The position numbers and the translations under genes were made by a program. The notes under the pieces are model-generated. The model saw only the letters and a program-made list of their open reading frames with translations, was not told where the DNA came from and searched no databases. Positions 10,235 to 19,576 of a stretch of 64,000 nt of DNA are shown here, piece after piece. Source of the stretch: Leptospirillia bacterium (GTDB lineage Bacteria > Nitrospirota > JACRHL01); contig JBHHVE010000013.1 of assembly GCA_046754085.1 (NCBI GenBank), positions 1,190 through 65,189 on the forward strand. The letters run 5' to 3'. The first letter of the stretch is position 1; every line of letters begins with the position of its first letter.

Positions 10235-11679
10235 CCGCCTCCGCCACCCTGGGGCTCGGCGTGAGGCCTGAACGCCTCACTCTCGACCACTTCCCACTTG
10301 CGCCGGAAGGTGGCCAGCTGGATCAGTCCGCGCACCCGCCAGAAGACGTTCAACTGGCGATAGCCGAAGTTCTCCAGTATCGCAAACAGGATAAGCGTCA
10401 TGAGATGGCTCCACCCGGGGTACCGCCGCTCGGTCAACTCCTCGAGCAGCACGGCACCCACGGAGAGGAACACGCCGGTGAGCACCGACAGCGTGATGTA
10501 GAGTAGCAAAAAGTCGGTCGACAACACGCCAAGAACGGCGGAAAGTCCAACCACCAGGTAGCCGAACAACTCCACCAGCGGCCCGAACAGCTCCACGAAC
10601 TGGTACGGCACCCCGATCATGCCCACGGTGCCGTAGCGGGGACGGCCCAGCATGGGCAGGTGGGTCAGCACCGCCTCCCCCAGCCCCCGGTGCCAGCGGC
10701 GGCGCTGGGCACCCAGCGCCGCCAGATTGGTGGGCACCTGGGTCCAGCAGATCGGGTCGGCAATAAATGTAATCCGGTAATTTTCCTGGCTCCCCTGCAT
10801 GCGCCGGTGCAGCCTGAGCACCATCTCCATATCCTCGGCCACGGTACGGGTGTCATAACCGCCCACCTCCACGACCACGCTCTTCTTAAACATGGAGAAG
10901 GTGCCGGACAGAATCATCAGCGCACCGATGCTGCTCCATCCGGTGCGGCCGAACAGGAAGCAGCGCAGGTACTCCACCACTTGCATGCGCCCCAAAAAGT
11001 TCCGGGGCAGGCGAACCTCCTGAATCTGACCGTCCTGAAACGTACAGCCGTTCGCCACCCGCACAATGCCGCCGGTGGCGATGATCTCGTCCGGGGCACT
11101 GATAATCGGCCCCATCAGGCGCAACAGGGCGTTCCGTTCCAGCACCGAATCGGCATCCACAGAACAGAAGTAGGGGCTGCGGGACAGGTTAATCCCCACA
11201 TTCAGGGAATCGGACTTGCCGGAGTTGTCCTTGGTCACGACGGTCAGGCCCGGAATCTCGGGGCTGACAAAAAACCGCTTTACCGGCTCGGTGGGAATCA
11301 GCGGACGGTAGATCAGGTCCACCTCATGCAGTGAAAATGCCTCGATCAAATACCGCAGGGTGGCATCCTCGGAGCCATCATCGACCACGATCACCTCGTG
11401 GGACGGGTAGTTGAGGGCAAGAAGCGACTGGACTGTCTGAACAATATTGTTGGCCTCGTTGTACGCCGGCACGATCACGGTAACCGGCGGCGTGGTGGGA
11501 AGGCTCGCAAGGTGGGTGAAGGCGCCAAAGCGAAGCGAGCGGCGATGCCGCTCGGTGGCGATCGCGGAGACGAACAACAGGGCGAAATACACCCCGTTGA
11601 CAGCAATGTAATAAGACAGGATGAACAGGTTCAGCCACGGGATCAGGGTGGCAAACCCGGCGTGGAGCGTCACCAGCAT
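10231..11679 (-). CDS. Processive GT2 family glycosyltransferase (PgaC/IcaA-like synthase)
   Basis: VPAYNE, VDDGS, GKSDSLN, VDADS, AED and QRRRW motifs; N- and C-terminal TM helices. Confidence 0.9.
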   Translation of the reverse strand: MLVTLHAGFATLIPWLNLFILSYYIAVNGVYFALLFVSAIATERHRRSLRFGAFTHLASLPTTPPVTVIVPAYNEANNIVQTVQSLLALNYPSHEVIVVDDGSEDATLRYLIEAFSLHEVDLIYRPLIPTEPVKRFFVSPEIPGLTVVTKDNSGKSDSLNVGINLSRSPYFCSVDADSVLERNALLRLMGPIISAPDEIIATGGIVRVANGCTFQDGQIQEVRLPRNFLGRMQVVEYLRCFLFGRTGWSSIGALMILSGTFSMFKKSVVVEVGGYDTRTVAEDMEMVLRLHRRMQGSQENYRITFIADPICWTQVPTNLAALGAQRRRWHRGLGEAVLTHLPMLGRPRYGTVGMIGVPYQFVELFGPLVELFGYLVVGLSAVLGVLSTDFLLLYITLSVLTGVFLSVGAVLLEELTERRYPGWSHLMTLILFAILENFGYRQLNVFWRVRGLIQLATFRRKWEVVESEAFRPHAEPQGGGGG

Positions 11680-13058
11680 CAGACCTCCTCCGCTGCGGAG
11701 GCTGCGGCGGCTTCCCGTGCGGTGAGGTGGGCCGCTGCCGTTGCCCGTACCACCGGGTCGGGGTCTTCCGTGGCGGCCCGCTCAAGCACCCCCGTGACCC
11801 TCGGATGGGCCAGGGGCGCCAATATCCCGAGAACCCGCTGCCGAACCTTCGAGCGCCCGTGGGATATCGCCGCATGGGCCAGCATGGCCACCGCACCCGT
11901 GTTCGCCACCGCCGCCAGAAGGGCGGCGGCCGATCCCGGCCTGACCACACCCTCCACCTCCCGCTCCAGACCGTCGATGGCGTCGGAAATCACCCGGGTA
12001 CGCTGAAACTCTTCCACCACCTGCTGGCGGGCGTAGTGGTCGTCGGATGTCAGGAGCGTGCTGATAAGCACCTCCCGCGCTTCGGCACTCATGTTGGCCA
12101 GGATGTGTGCCGCTTCCTGACGCACCCGCCAATGGCTGTCAAACAGACGCCGCCCCAAAGGAGCAACCGCGGCCGGGTCGGCCAACAGGCCGAGGGCGCG
12201 CACCGCGTGCATGCGAACCACCCAGGCATCGTCTTCAAGACTGCCAATAATGGAGAACAGAGCGCTGCGCGCACCCACCTGACCCAGCGCCTGCACGGCC
12301 TTGGCCCGAACGTCGGGCTCCGCATCCGCAAGGCGTTCCGTTAGTTTTGGCACTGATGAGGATGCGCCTGCTTCCCCAAGCACATAGGCCGCCGCGCTCC
12401 GCACCCGCCACGACGGATGCTCCAGCATCGGCTGCAAGGCATCCGCCGCTTGCGGGCCAAATCGGGTGAGGCTGCCGGCCACCACCCGCTGAGACAGGTT
12501 TTCCTCCCCGCCCGCCACTGCCACCAACACTTCGGCCAGGGTGACCAAGGAACGGTCATCCACCAGGCGCCCCAGGGAACGGACCGCAACGGTGCGTACC
12601 TCCCGGTCCGGGTCTTCCGTGGCCGCCAGCAGCGCCTCCGCGATTTCCGGGCCGCGGTGATCCGCAAGCCATGCCGCTGCCATGGCCCGCTCCCAGCGGG
12701 AACCGCCGGTAAGCATATCCAGGTAGCGGCCGGTAATGCCGGCATCGCGCATAAACTCTTCCAGCCGCGCGGCCTGTTCCGGGCCCGCGCCGGCGAGGGC
12801 TTCGCGCAGGACATTTTCAAGGGCCTCCGCCTCTGATGAGCCGGGGGTGGGCAGGATATCGGGGAGTTCTTCGGGAGTGGGTGGAAATCCGGCACAGATT
12901 CGCGCCACCAGCGGAGCCTGTTGAACCTCGACCCGACCCTGGCGACGGCTGTGGATCACCTGCCGCAGCCGCAACACGGCAAGGGCTAACAAAAACAGGG
13001 TCGTGGCAACCACCAGGACAGTGATTGCCACAACAATCAGAATGCGGGCATATTCCAT
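11679..13058 (-). CDS. Membrane-anchored HEAT/PBS-lyase repeat protein
   Basis: N-terminal TM helix; repeated D.D..VR..A..ALG units. Confidence 0.85.
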   Translation of the reverse strand: MEYARILIVVAITVLVVATTLFLLALAVLRLRQVIHSRRQGRVEVQQAPLVARICAGFPPTPEELPDILPTPGSSEAEALENVLREALAGAGPEQAARLEEFMRDAGITGRYLDMLTGGSRWERAMAAAWLADHRGPEIAEALLAATEDPDREVRTVAVRSLGRLVDDRSLVTLAEVLVAVAGGEENLSQRVVAGSLTRFGPQAADALQPMLEHPSWRVRSAAAYVLGEAGASSSVPKLTERLADAEPDVRAKAVQALGQVGARSALFSIIGSLEDDAWVVRMHAVRALGLLADPAAVAPLGRRLFDSHWRVRQEAAHILANMSAEAREVLISTLLTSDDHYARQQVVEEFQRTRVISDAIDGLEREVEGVVRPGSAAALLAAVANTGAVAMLAHAAISHGRSKVRQRVLGILAPLAHPRVTGVLERAATEDPDPVVRATAAAHLTAREAAAASAAEEV

Positions 13059-13125
13059 TCAGTCCGACCCTGTTTGGATGGGAGTGCCCAACAATCGTGG
13101 CGAAATAACGGCCCGAAAGGCTCCA

Positions 13126-14187
13126 TCAGTTCGTCCCGGACCGAATCATCTCCTGAATAATCGCATGTGCAATTCGATCCACCGGCAGAACCTCCCCGAC
13201 CGAACCCAGCCGCAATGCCTCGCCCGGCATGCCGAACACGGCACAGGTCTGCCGGTTCTGCAGGAGCGTCACCGCCCCCGCCTGTTCGAGCGTGATCAGA
13301 CCTTCGGCCCCGTCCCGTCCCATACCGGTCAAAAGCACCGCCAGCAGATCGCCCCCCAGATCCTGCGCCGCACTTTCAAACAGAATGTCCACCGAGGGGC
13401 GGACGCTGTTTCTCAGTGGCGCATGAGACCGTATCAGCCAGCCGTTCCGGAACTCCAGGTGCACATCGGATGGAGCCAGAAGCACCTGACCGGCAAGTTG
13501 TGAAAGCGGCTCATCCCGTTCGGGAACCCGCACCTCCCGTCCGGAAGAACTGGAAAGCCACGTAGCCAGAGCGTCCCCGAACGAGTCGGCCACGTGGGCG
13601 ACGATTATAACAGGAACCGTCATGTCTTTCGGAAGACCCGAAAGCACTTTGGCCAGCGCCTGGGGCCCCCCGGTGGACGCCCCCATCAGCACCGCGCGGA
13701 TGTTCTGGTTCCCGGATGCGGGCACAAACCGTGGCGGCACCGCCGCGACAAGGCTCTCTTCACCCGCGTTGGGGACACAGGCCCTGATACTGGCAAGCAA
13801 CGCCTCGTTCCACCCCGGCTGCCGGTCGAACGCCTTATGATGTACCGCCGTTGCGCCCGCGTTCAGGGCCCGGGCCTCGGCGGCGGGGTCACTGAACGCG
13901 GAAACCACGATCACCGAGACGGATGCATTCCGTTTACGCATGAGACGGGTGGCGTCGACCCCGTCCAGTCCCGGCATGGCGACATCCATAAGCACCACGT
14001 CCGGCTCCAGGTCGATAATCCGCTGGGCCGCGTGCAGGCCGTTGCCCGCCTCACCCACCACCGCCATGTCCGGCTGGCGCGCCACCAGTTCGCGCAGAAA
14101 CATGCGGTACTGGAACGAATCGTCCACCACCAGCACGCGAACAGTGTCTTTCGACACCAGGGTTTTGGGTTTGGTCAGCGCCCTCAT
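13126..14187 (-). CDS. cheB: Chemotaxis methylesterase CheB (REC + methylesterase)
   Basis: VLVVDDS..DVVLMDVAMP; GASTGGP, VAH and LTGMGRDGA catalytic Ser/His/Asp. Confidence 0.93.
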   Translation of the reverse strand: MRALTKPKTLVSKDTVRVLVVDDSFQYRMFLRELVARQPDMAVVGEAGNGLHAAQRIIDLEPDVVLMDVAMPGLDGVDATRLMRKRNASVSVIVVSAFSDPAAEARALNAGATAVHHKAFDRQPGWNEALLASIRACVPNAGEESLVAAVPPRFVPASGNQNIRAVLMGASTGGPQALAKVLSGLPKDMTVPVIIVAHVADSFGDALATWLSSSSGREVRVPERDEPLSQLAGQVLLAPSDVHLEFRNGWLIRSHAPLRNSVRPSVDILFESAAQDLGGDLLAVLLTGMGRDGAEGLITLEQAGAVTLLQNRQTCAVFGMPGEALRLGSVGEVLPVDRIAHAIIQEMIRSGTN

Positions 14188-15185
14188 CCGCCCACCGACT
14201 CCGGTTCATCCGCATGATGGCACACGCAATTGCGCCCGGTTTCCTTGGCGCGATACAGGGCCGCGTCCGCCCTTGCGACCAGATCCTCCCACGATGACAA
14301 CTCGGCATGCCACTCGGCCACGCCAATGCTTGCGGTACAGCACACCTCCACCGGTGAAAAATCGATTCCTGAAATGGCCTGCCGTATCCGGTCCGCAATG
14401 ATCACCGCCCCTTCCAGGTTGGTGTCTGGCAATACCAGAATGAACTCCTCACCACCGTAGCGGCCGACCTTGTCCACCTCCCGCACCATATCGGACATCA
14501 CCTTCGACACATCGCGCAGCACCCGGTCTCCGAACTGGTGACCGTGGGTGTCGTTGAGTGATTTAAAGAAGTCGAGATCAAGCATGGCCACCGAAACCGG
14601 ATGCCGAAAACGCCGGGCACGCGCCACTTCTTCGATGAGGCATTCCTCGATATGACCCCGATTGGCCACATTGGTGAGGGCGTCGGTGGTGGCCATCTGG
14701 CTTAACTGGTTGTTCTTTTCCTCAAGCTGGGACAGGATGATCGCATTTTCCATGCTGGCGTCCACCAGCGCCTGATTGCGCCGGGAAAGTTCGTCCTGCA
14801 GGGACTTCAGGCGCAACTGGACCCGCACCCGCGCCATCAGTTCCTCCGCCTCGAACAGCTTGGGGATGTAGTCGTCGGCACCTTCGTCGAGGCCGCGCAC
14901 CCGGTCATCCACCTCGCCCATGGCGGTGAGCAGCATCACCGGCAAAAAGCCGTGGCCCTTCTGCAATTTGATCCAGTTGAGCACTTCGATGCCGTCGATG
15001 CCGGGCATCATCAGATCGAGCAACACCAGATCGGGCCACTCATCCGACTCTTCCAGGTAGTTCACGCATGATTCGCCATCGACAAATGCGGTGACCTGGT
15101 ACCCTTCCTGTTCCAGGTGGGAGCTCAGCATCATGCGCACCGTCAGGCTGTCATCGACCACCAGTACATGACCCAGGGACTTCAT
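14184..15185 (-). CDS. REC-GGDEF diguanylate cyclase (WspR-like)
   Basis: REC (DLVLLDLMMP), coiled coil, DLDFFKSLNDTHGHQFGD, REVD I-site, RYGGEEF. Confidence 0.92.
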   Translation of the reverse strand: MKSLGHVLVVDDSLTVRMMLSSHLEQEGYQVTAFVDGESCVNYLEESDEWPDLVLLDLMMPGIDGIEVLNWIKLQKGHGFLPVMLLTAMGEVDDRVRGLDEGADDYIPKLFEAEELMARVRVQLRLKSLQDELSRRNQALVDASMENAIILSQLEEKNNQLSQMATTDALTNVANRGHIEECLIEEVARARRFRHPVSVAMLDLDFFKSLNDTHGHQFGDRVLRDVSKVMSDMVREVDKVGRYGGEEFILVLPDTNLEGAVIIADRIRQAISGIDFSPVEVCCTASIGVAEWHAELSSWEDLVARADAALYRAKETGRNCVCHHADEPESVGG

Positions 15186-17557
15186 TACGATTCTCCCTGG
15201 ATTAAACGGGCCACTGTATCCGACAGCATCTTCTGGGTCGTTTCGCCCTTAACCAGATAGGCGTCGGCGCCAGCCTGTTCACCTCGGCTGAGAGAGCCGG
15301 GACTGTTCAGGGAGGACATCAGCACCACGGGAAGGTCACGGGTGCCCGCCTGTTCCCGAATGTGCCTGAGCAGGTTATAGCCGGTCATGCGCGGCATTTC
15401 CACGTCACTGATCACCAGATCGATGCCGCCCTGGGCAAGCTTTGTCAGGCCGTCCTCGCCATCCACGGCAATCACCACCCGGTATCCAGCCCGCTCCAGC
15501 ATCCCCTTTTCCATCATGCGGGCACTCAGGGAGTCGTCCACCACCAGCACGGTTTTCATGCCCTTGGCGGGCGCGGGGGATGTCGGGGAAGCGCCACCGG
15601 AAGTCGACGGCGGTATTGGGTTGTCACCACCCGAAACGGTGGCAGGCTTATGGGCGGCAAGGGCAAACAGCGCCTCAAGATCTAAAATCACCGCCGGCTT
15701 TCCGCTGGCAAGCAGCGTCATGCCCGCCACCCTGGGCAACTCGCCCACATGGGGCGCGAGCGGCTTCACAATAATGGTCCGGACCCCGACCACCCGATCG
15801 ATACCGATCACGATCCGCCGCTTTCCAAACCGGAGAATCAAGGCGGAGTCCGACATACCGGAGGAGGGGGTTTCCACCACCTGATCCATCAACAAGAGCG
15901 GCAGCGCCACCCCGTCCACGTTGACCACCGGGTGTCCGGCGCACACATCACGCACCAGGTTGTCCATCGGTCGCACCTGCACCACCGACTCACGCGGCAC
16001 CGCGAAAGAGCGGCCGTTCCATGCAAACAGGAAGGCCTCCATGGTGGACAGGTCCACCGGCAGTTGCATGCGGATCTCGGAGCCGCCCCGGGGGAGGTTG
16101 CGCAACGTGAGCCACCCTTTCAACTGTCGGATCGCCGCATGCACCACATCAAGCCCGACCCCGCGGCCAGACACCTGTGTGACCTGGTCGACGGTGGAAA
16201 ATCCCGGGGTGATCAACCAGTGAAGCACCCCTTCCGGATTCGTCAAAGAGGGGTCCGAGGCATCGCATAACCCCTGATCCAGCACTTGTTTACGAATGCG
16301 TTCGAGATCAAATCCGGCACCGTCGTCACATACGGTGACCGTCAGGCGGGAACCCTGCCGATAGAAACGCACGTTGACTGCGCCGCACTCCGGTTTGCCT
16401 TGCCGCAGCCGTTCCTCCGGCGCTTCCAGCCCGTGATCGATGGCGTTTCTGAGCAGATGGTGCAGCGGTTCCCGCAGTCCGTCCAGCAGGGCGCGGTCCA
16501 GTTCAATCGACTCGCCCTTGATCGTAAGCCGAACCTGTTTTCCCAATAACCGTGCGGTTTCCCGGGTCACCAGTTGCATTGCGGTGGTCAGGGTGGAAGC
16601 CGGCAGCATGCGCAGGTCCATCACACCGTCGTGGATGTTGGAGGTCACCTGATCAAACTGGCTGGTACGACCCTTGACATCGATGGCCATTCCCCGGAAT
16701 GCCTCCTTGAGAGCCACCGTGTGGATACGGCCGAGGATGCCGTACAGAACCTCCCCCTGAAGGGTGTTCGAGAGCGCCTCTTTCACCTCACCGATCTGGG
16801 ACCACTCCTGAATCTGGCTCAACGCCTGCATCACCCGCTGGGCGTTCTGACTGAGGATACGCACACGGCCACTGTGCTCGTTCAACCAGATGCGCTGGAC
16901 GATCAACTCCCCCGCCAGGTTCGCCAACCCGTCGATCTTGCTCAGGGCAACGCGCAGATAGGCTTGCTCGGGTCCGCCCGTGGGCCCCTGTTCCACTACC
17001 GGGGACTCGGTCTCAGCCGCGTCCTCAGGGACGCCGGAATCCGGCTCGGAGGCGCCTTCCTGGAAATCATCTGCGCCATCCAACCCGTCCCCGGAACCCG
17101 GCTCGTCAAGGGCGGCTGTGGAGACACCCCGGGCAGTAACGGCGTCTGTGGAGTCCTGTTCGGCGGGCGAGGCAGGTGCCTCGCCCCGGGCCGCGGCCTT
17201 GGTGGCCTCAAGTTCCGTTACTATTGGCACTATGTCGTAATCCGGGCCGTCGATACCAATGGCGGCCACCATTTCGTCGATGACCTGGACCGCCCTTAAC
17301 AGGCTGCTGATCGCCTCCCCCGAGGGGAGCACTCCGTCATCGCGAAACACCCCCAGGACATCCTCGATACGGTGCGCAACCGTGCCCAGATCATCCAGCG
17401 AGACCATGCGGGCGGAACCCTTCAGGGTGTGGGCAAGGCGAAACAGGGTACGGATGTTCTCCGGATCCGAGGGGGTGTTCTCAAGCGCCAGCAGCCCGCA
17501 GCTCAGGCCTTCCAGGTGCTCCGCCGCCTCCATCTTGAAAAATTCGCGAACGTCCAT
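15185..17557 (-). CDS. cheA: Hybrid CheA kinase with C-terminal receiver (WspE-like)
   Basis: HPt AHTLKG, HLLRNAIDHG, DDGAG, PGFST, SGRGVGLDVV, CheW domain, REC DLVISDVEMP; start ATG 17557. Confidence 0.93.
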   Translation of the reverse strand: MDVREFFKMEAAEHLEGLSCGLLALENTPSDPENIRTLFRLAHTLKGSARMVSLDDLGTVAHRIEDVLGVFRDDGVLPSGEAISSLLRAVQVIDEMVAAIGIDGPDYDIVPIVTELEATKAAARGEAPASPAEQDSTDAVTARGVSTAALDEPGSGDGLDGADDFQEGASEPDSGVPEDAAETESPVVEQGPTGGPEQAYLRVALSKIDGLANLAGELIVQRIWLNEHSGRVRILSQNAQRVMQALSQIQEWSQIGEVKEALSNTLQGEVLYGILGRIHTVALKEAFRGMAIDVKGRTSQFDQVTSNIHDGVMDLRMLPASTLTTAMQLVTRETARLLGKQVRLTIKGESIELDRALLDGLREPLHHLLRNAIDHGLEAPEERLRQGKPECGAVNVRFYRQGSRLTVTVCDDGAGFDLERIRKQVLDQGLCDASDPSLTNPEGVLHWLITPGFSTVDQVTQVSGRGVGLDVVHAAIRQLKGWLTLRNLPRGGSEIRMQLPVDLSTMEAFLFAWNGRSFAVPRESVVQVRPMDNLVRDVCAGHPVVNVDGVALPLLLMDQVVETPSSGMSDSALILRFGKRRIVIGIDRVVGVRTIIVKPLAPHVGELPRVAGMTLLASGKPAVILDLEALFALAAHKPATVSGGDNPIPPSTSGGASPTSPAPAKGMKTVLVVDDSLSARMMEKGMLERAGYRVVIAVDGEDGLTKLAQGGIDLVISDVEMPRMTGYNLLRHIREQAGTRDLPVVLMSSLNSPGSLSRGEQAGADAYLVKGETTQKMLSDTVARLIQGES

Positions 17558-17641
17558 CAGGGCACCCGCGCCACGGCAAATGCCGCCCGGAAGCCGGGCC
17601 GGGCAAACCACATGAAAAACAGTCCGTTACGCACCATGGCG

Positions 17642-19573
17642 TTATTTACCCACCAGCTTGGAGAGGTTTTCCGCGGTTTTGCTCAGATCTGCCGCGGTGA
17701 TCAGGGCCTCCTCCGAGCGCTTCGACACATTTTCGGCGACCTCTTTGGCCTCGTCCACGAACGCATCCACACCGGACACCGCGTCACTCTGCTCCTGGGC
17801 GGAGAGGAAAATCGACCCGGCCATGTCAGACACATGACTGACCGCCCCGACGATCGCGTCCAGACGTTCGGTCACCATGGTCATCAGGTCGGCGCCTTCG
17901 TTGACCGCCCCCTTGCCTCGTTCGGTGGCGCCCTGGGTATCCTCCACGGCCTGCTGCACCCGCTTGATCATGTCGCGGATTTCCTGGGTCGCCACCTGGG
18001 AACGATTGGCAAGCCTGCGCACCTGTTTGGCCACCACCGCGAAGCGGGCACCGGATTCTCCCGCACCCGCCGACTCGATGGTGGCATTGAAGGAGAGCAG
18101 CTTGGTCTGGTCGACCAGTTCGTTCAGGATGGCCAGGATGCCGTCCATCATCTCGGTCTGGTGGCGGGTATCTTCCATGGCCTGGGAAATTTCCCGCGCC
18201 TGTTTCAGAATGGCGTCCATACGCCCCTGAGAGCCCCGCAGCACCTCCAGTCCCTGCACACACTCGAGGCTGGCGCTGTCGGTCTGCCTGGCCATTTCCT
18301 CTGTCTGCCCGCGGATGCCGGTCAGGGCCGCCTGGAACTCCAGAATGGTGTTCGACACCTTATCGATGTGCTCCACCTGAGTGCCCGTTTCACGGGCCTG
18401 CTCTGCGGTTTCCTCACGCATCTGGGCGGAAAGCTCGTCCAGCGCGCCACTGGCGACCCCGATCTGGCGGTTGAATACGCCCACGCTGCGGTAAATCCAG
18501 AAGCCCATCGCACCGGTCAGAGCCAGGACCAGGGCCAGACCGGCCAGAGAACGTTTCCTGAGGGCGTCGCCGAATTCCGCGCTCTCCGTGGTGGTTGAGG
18601 AAATTCCCTGACTGGTGCCATCCGACAGGGTACTCAGCACCCACTTGATGGATTCCAGGGTGGGGGCGATTTCGGTCTGGTAGAAATACAGGTCCCGCCG
18701 CCAATCCTCCGCGTCGCGGCTCGCAAATGCCTCATCAAACACGTCAAACAGTTCGGCGCGGTTCCGCGTCAGCTCCCCGTGGAGTTCCTTGAAAGCCGGG
18801 CCAGCGGACTCAAAGGTGAAGGTGAGCAACTGGAAAATACCCTCATTGCGTTGCTGTTGTGCGACAAACGCCTCCCGATAGCGGGGCTCCTGGTTGAACA
18901 GGTAGCCACGCAGGTTGCTCATCAATGCACCTAGGCTGTCCTGATACCCCCAGAGCGCCGACAGCACCATGGGATCCGCCGCGGTATCCTTTGCCAGCCA
19001 GCGCTCCATGAGCTTGTCCATGTATCGGGCCGACTTTCCCGCCAACTGCTGACCCCGGGTGTTGATCAGGTGCGCCGAGTGGAAGTTGTCCGGTCGGGAC
19101 CGGATGATGAAGACCTCCTCGGCCTGCTGTGAAAGCTTGTCGATCAGGGTCTTGGCCCCGGACACCAGTCGCACCGTGGATGCATTCTCAAGGTCGTCCG
19201 TGGGTGCATTTTTTGAAGGGGCCGGACTGTCCGCCTGTCTGGCCTGACGCGCGGCAAACTCATTGAAGCTGAGGCGAACTATCTCCAGGCTGCTTTTATA
19301 GCGCTCCTGTTCGGCCACATTGCCGGTAAACAAAAACGCCTCCAGCGCGCTCTGGACATCGAGGGTGTTGCTGACCAGCGCCGTGACCATGATGGAGTCG
19401 GGCACCATCTGCTCCGACACCGTTGCCTGCATGTGAGCGTTCTGCGCCAGACCCCGGATCAAGGGGATGGACAGCACCACCAGCAGAAACAGGATCACAC
19501 TCACCGCCAGAACGATTCGGCGTCCGGGACTGGTTTCCCGACGGAGGGTCCATTGAAACCGTTTGCGGGCCAC
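17642..19573 (-). CDS. Methyl-accepting chemotaxis protein with large periplasmic helical sensor
   Basis: Two TM helices; tip QTKLLSFNATIESAGAGESGARFAVVAKQVRRLA. Confidence 0.9.
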   Translation of the reverse strand: MARKRFQWTLRRETSPGRRIVLAVSVILFLLVVLSIPLIRGLAQNAHMQATVSEQMVPDSIMVTALVSNTLDVQSALEAFLFTGNVAEQERYKSSLEIVRLSFNEFAARQARQADSPAPSKNAPTDDLENASTVRLVSGAKTLIDKLSQQAEEVFIIRSRPDNFHSAHLINTRGQQLAGKSARYMDKLMERWLAKDTAADPMVLSALWGYQDSLGALMSNLRGYLFNQEPRYREAFVAQQQRNEGIFQLLTFTFESAGPAFKELHGELTRNRAELFDVFDEAFASRDAEDWRRDLYFYQTEIAPTLESIKWVLSTLSDGTSQGISSTTTESAEFGDALRKRSLAGLALVLALTGAMGFWIYRSVGVFNRQIGVASGALDELSAQMREETAEQARETGTQVEHIDKVSNTILEFQAALTGIRGQTEEMARQTDSASLECVQGLEVLRGSQGRMDAILKQAREISQAMEDTRHQTEMMDGILAILNELVDQTKLLSFNATIESAGAGESGARFAVVAKQVRRLANRSQVATQEIRDMIKRVQQAVEDTQGATERGKGAVNEGADLMTMVTERLDAIVGAVSHVSDMAGSIFLSAQEQSDAVSGVDAFVDEAKEVAENVSKRSEEALITAADLSKTAENLSKLVGK

Positions 19574-19576
19574 CGG

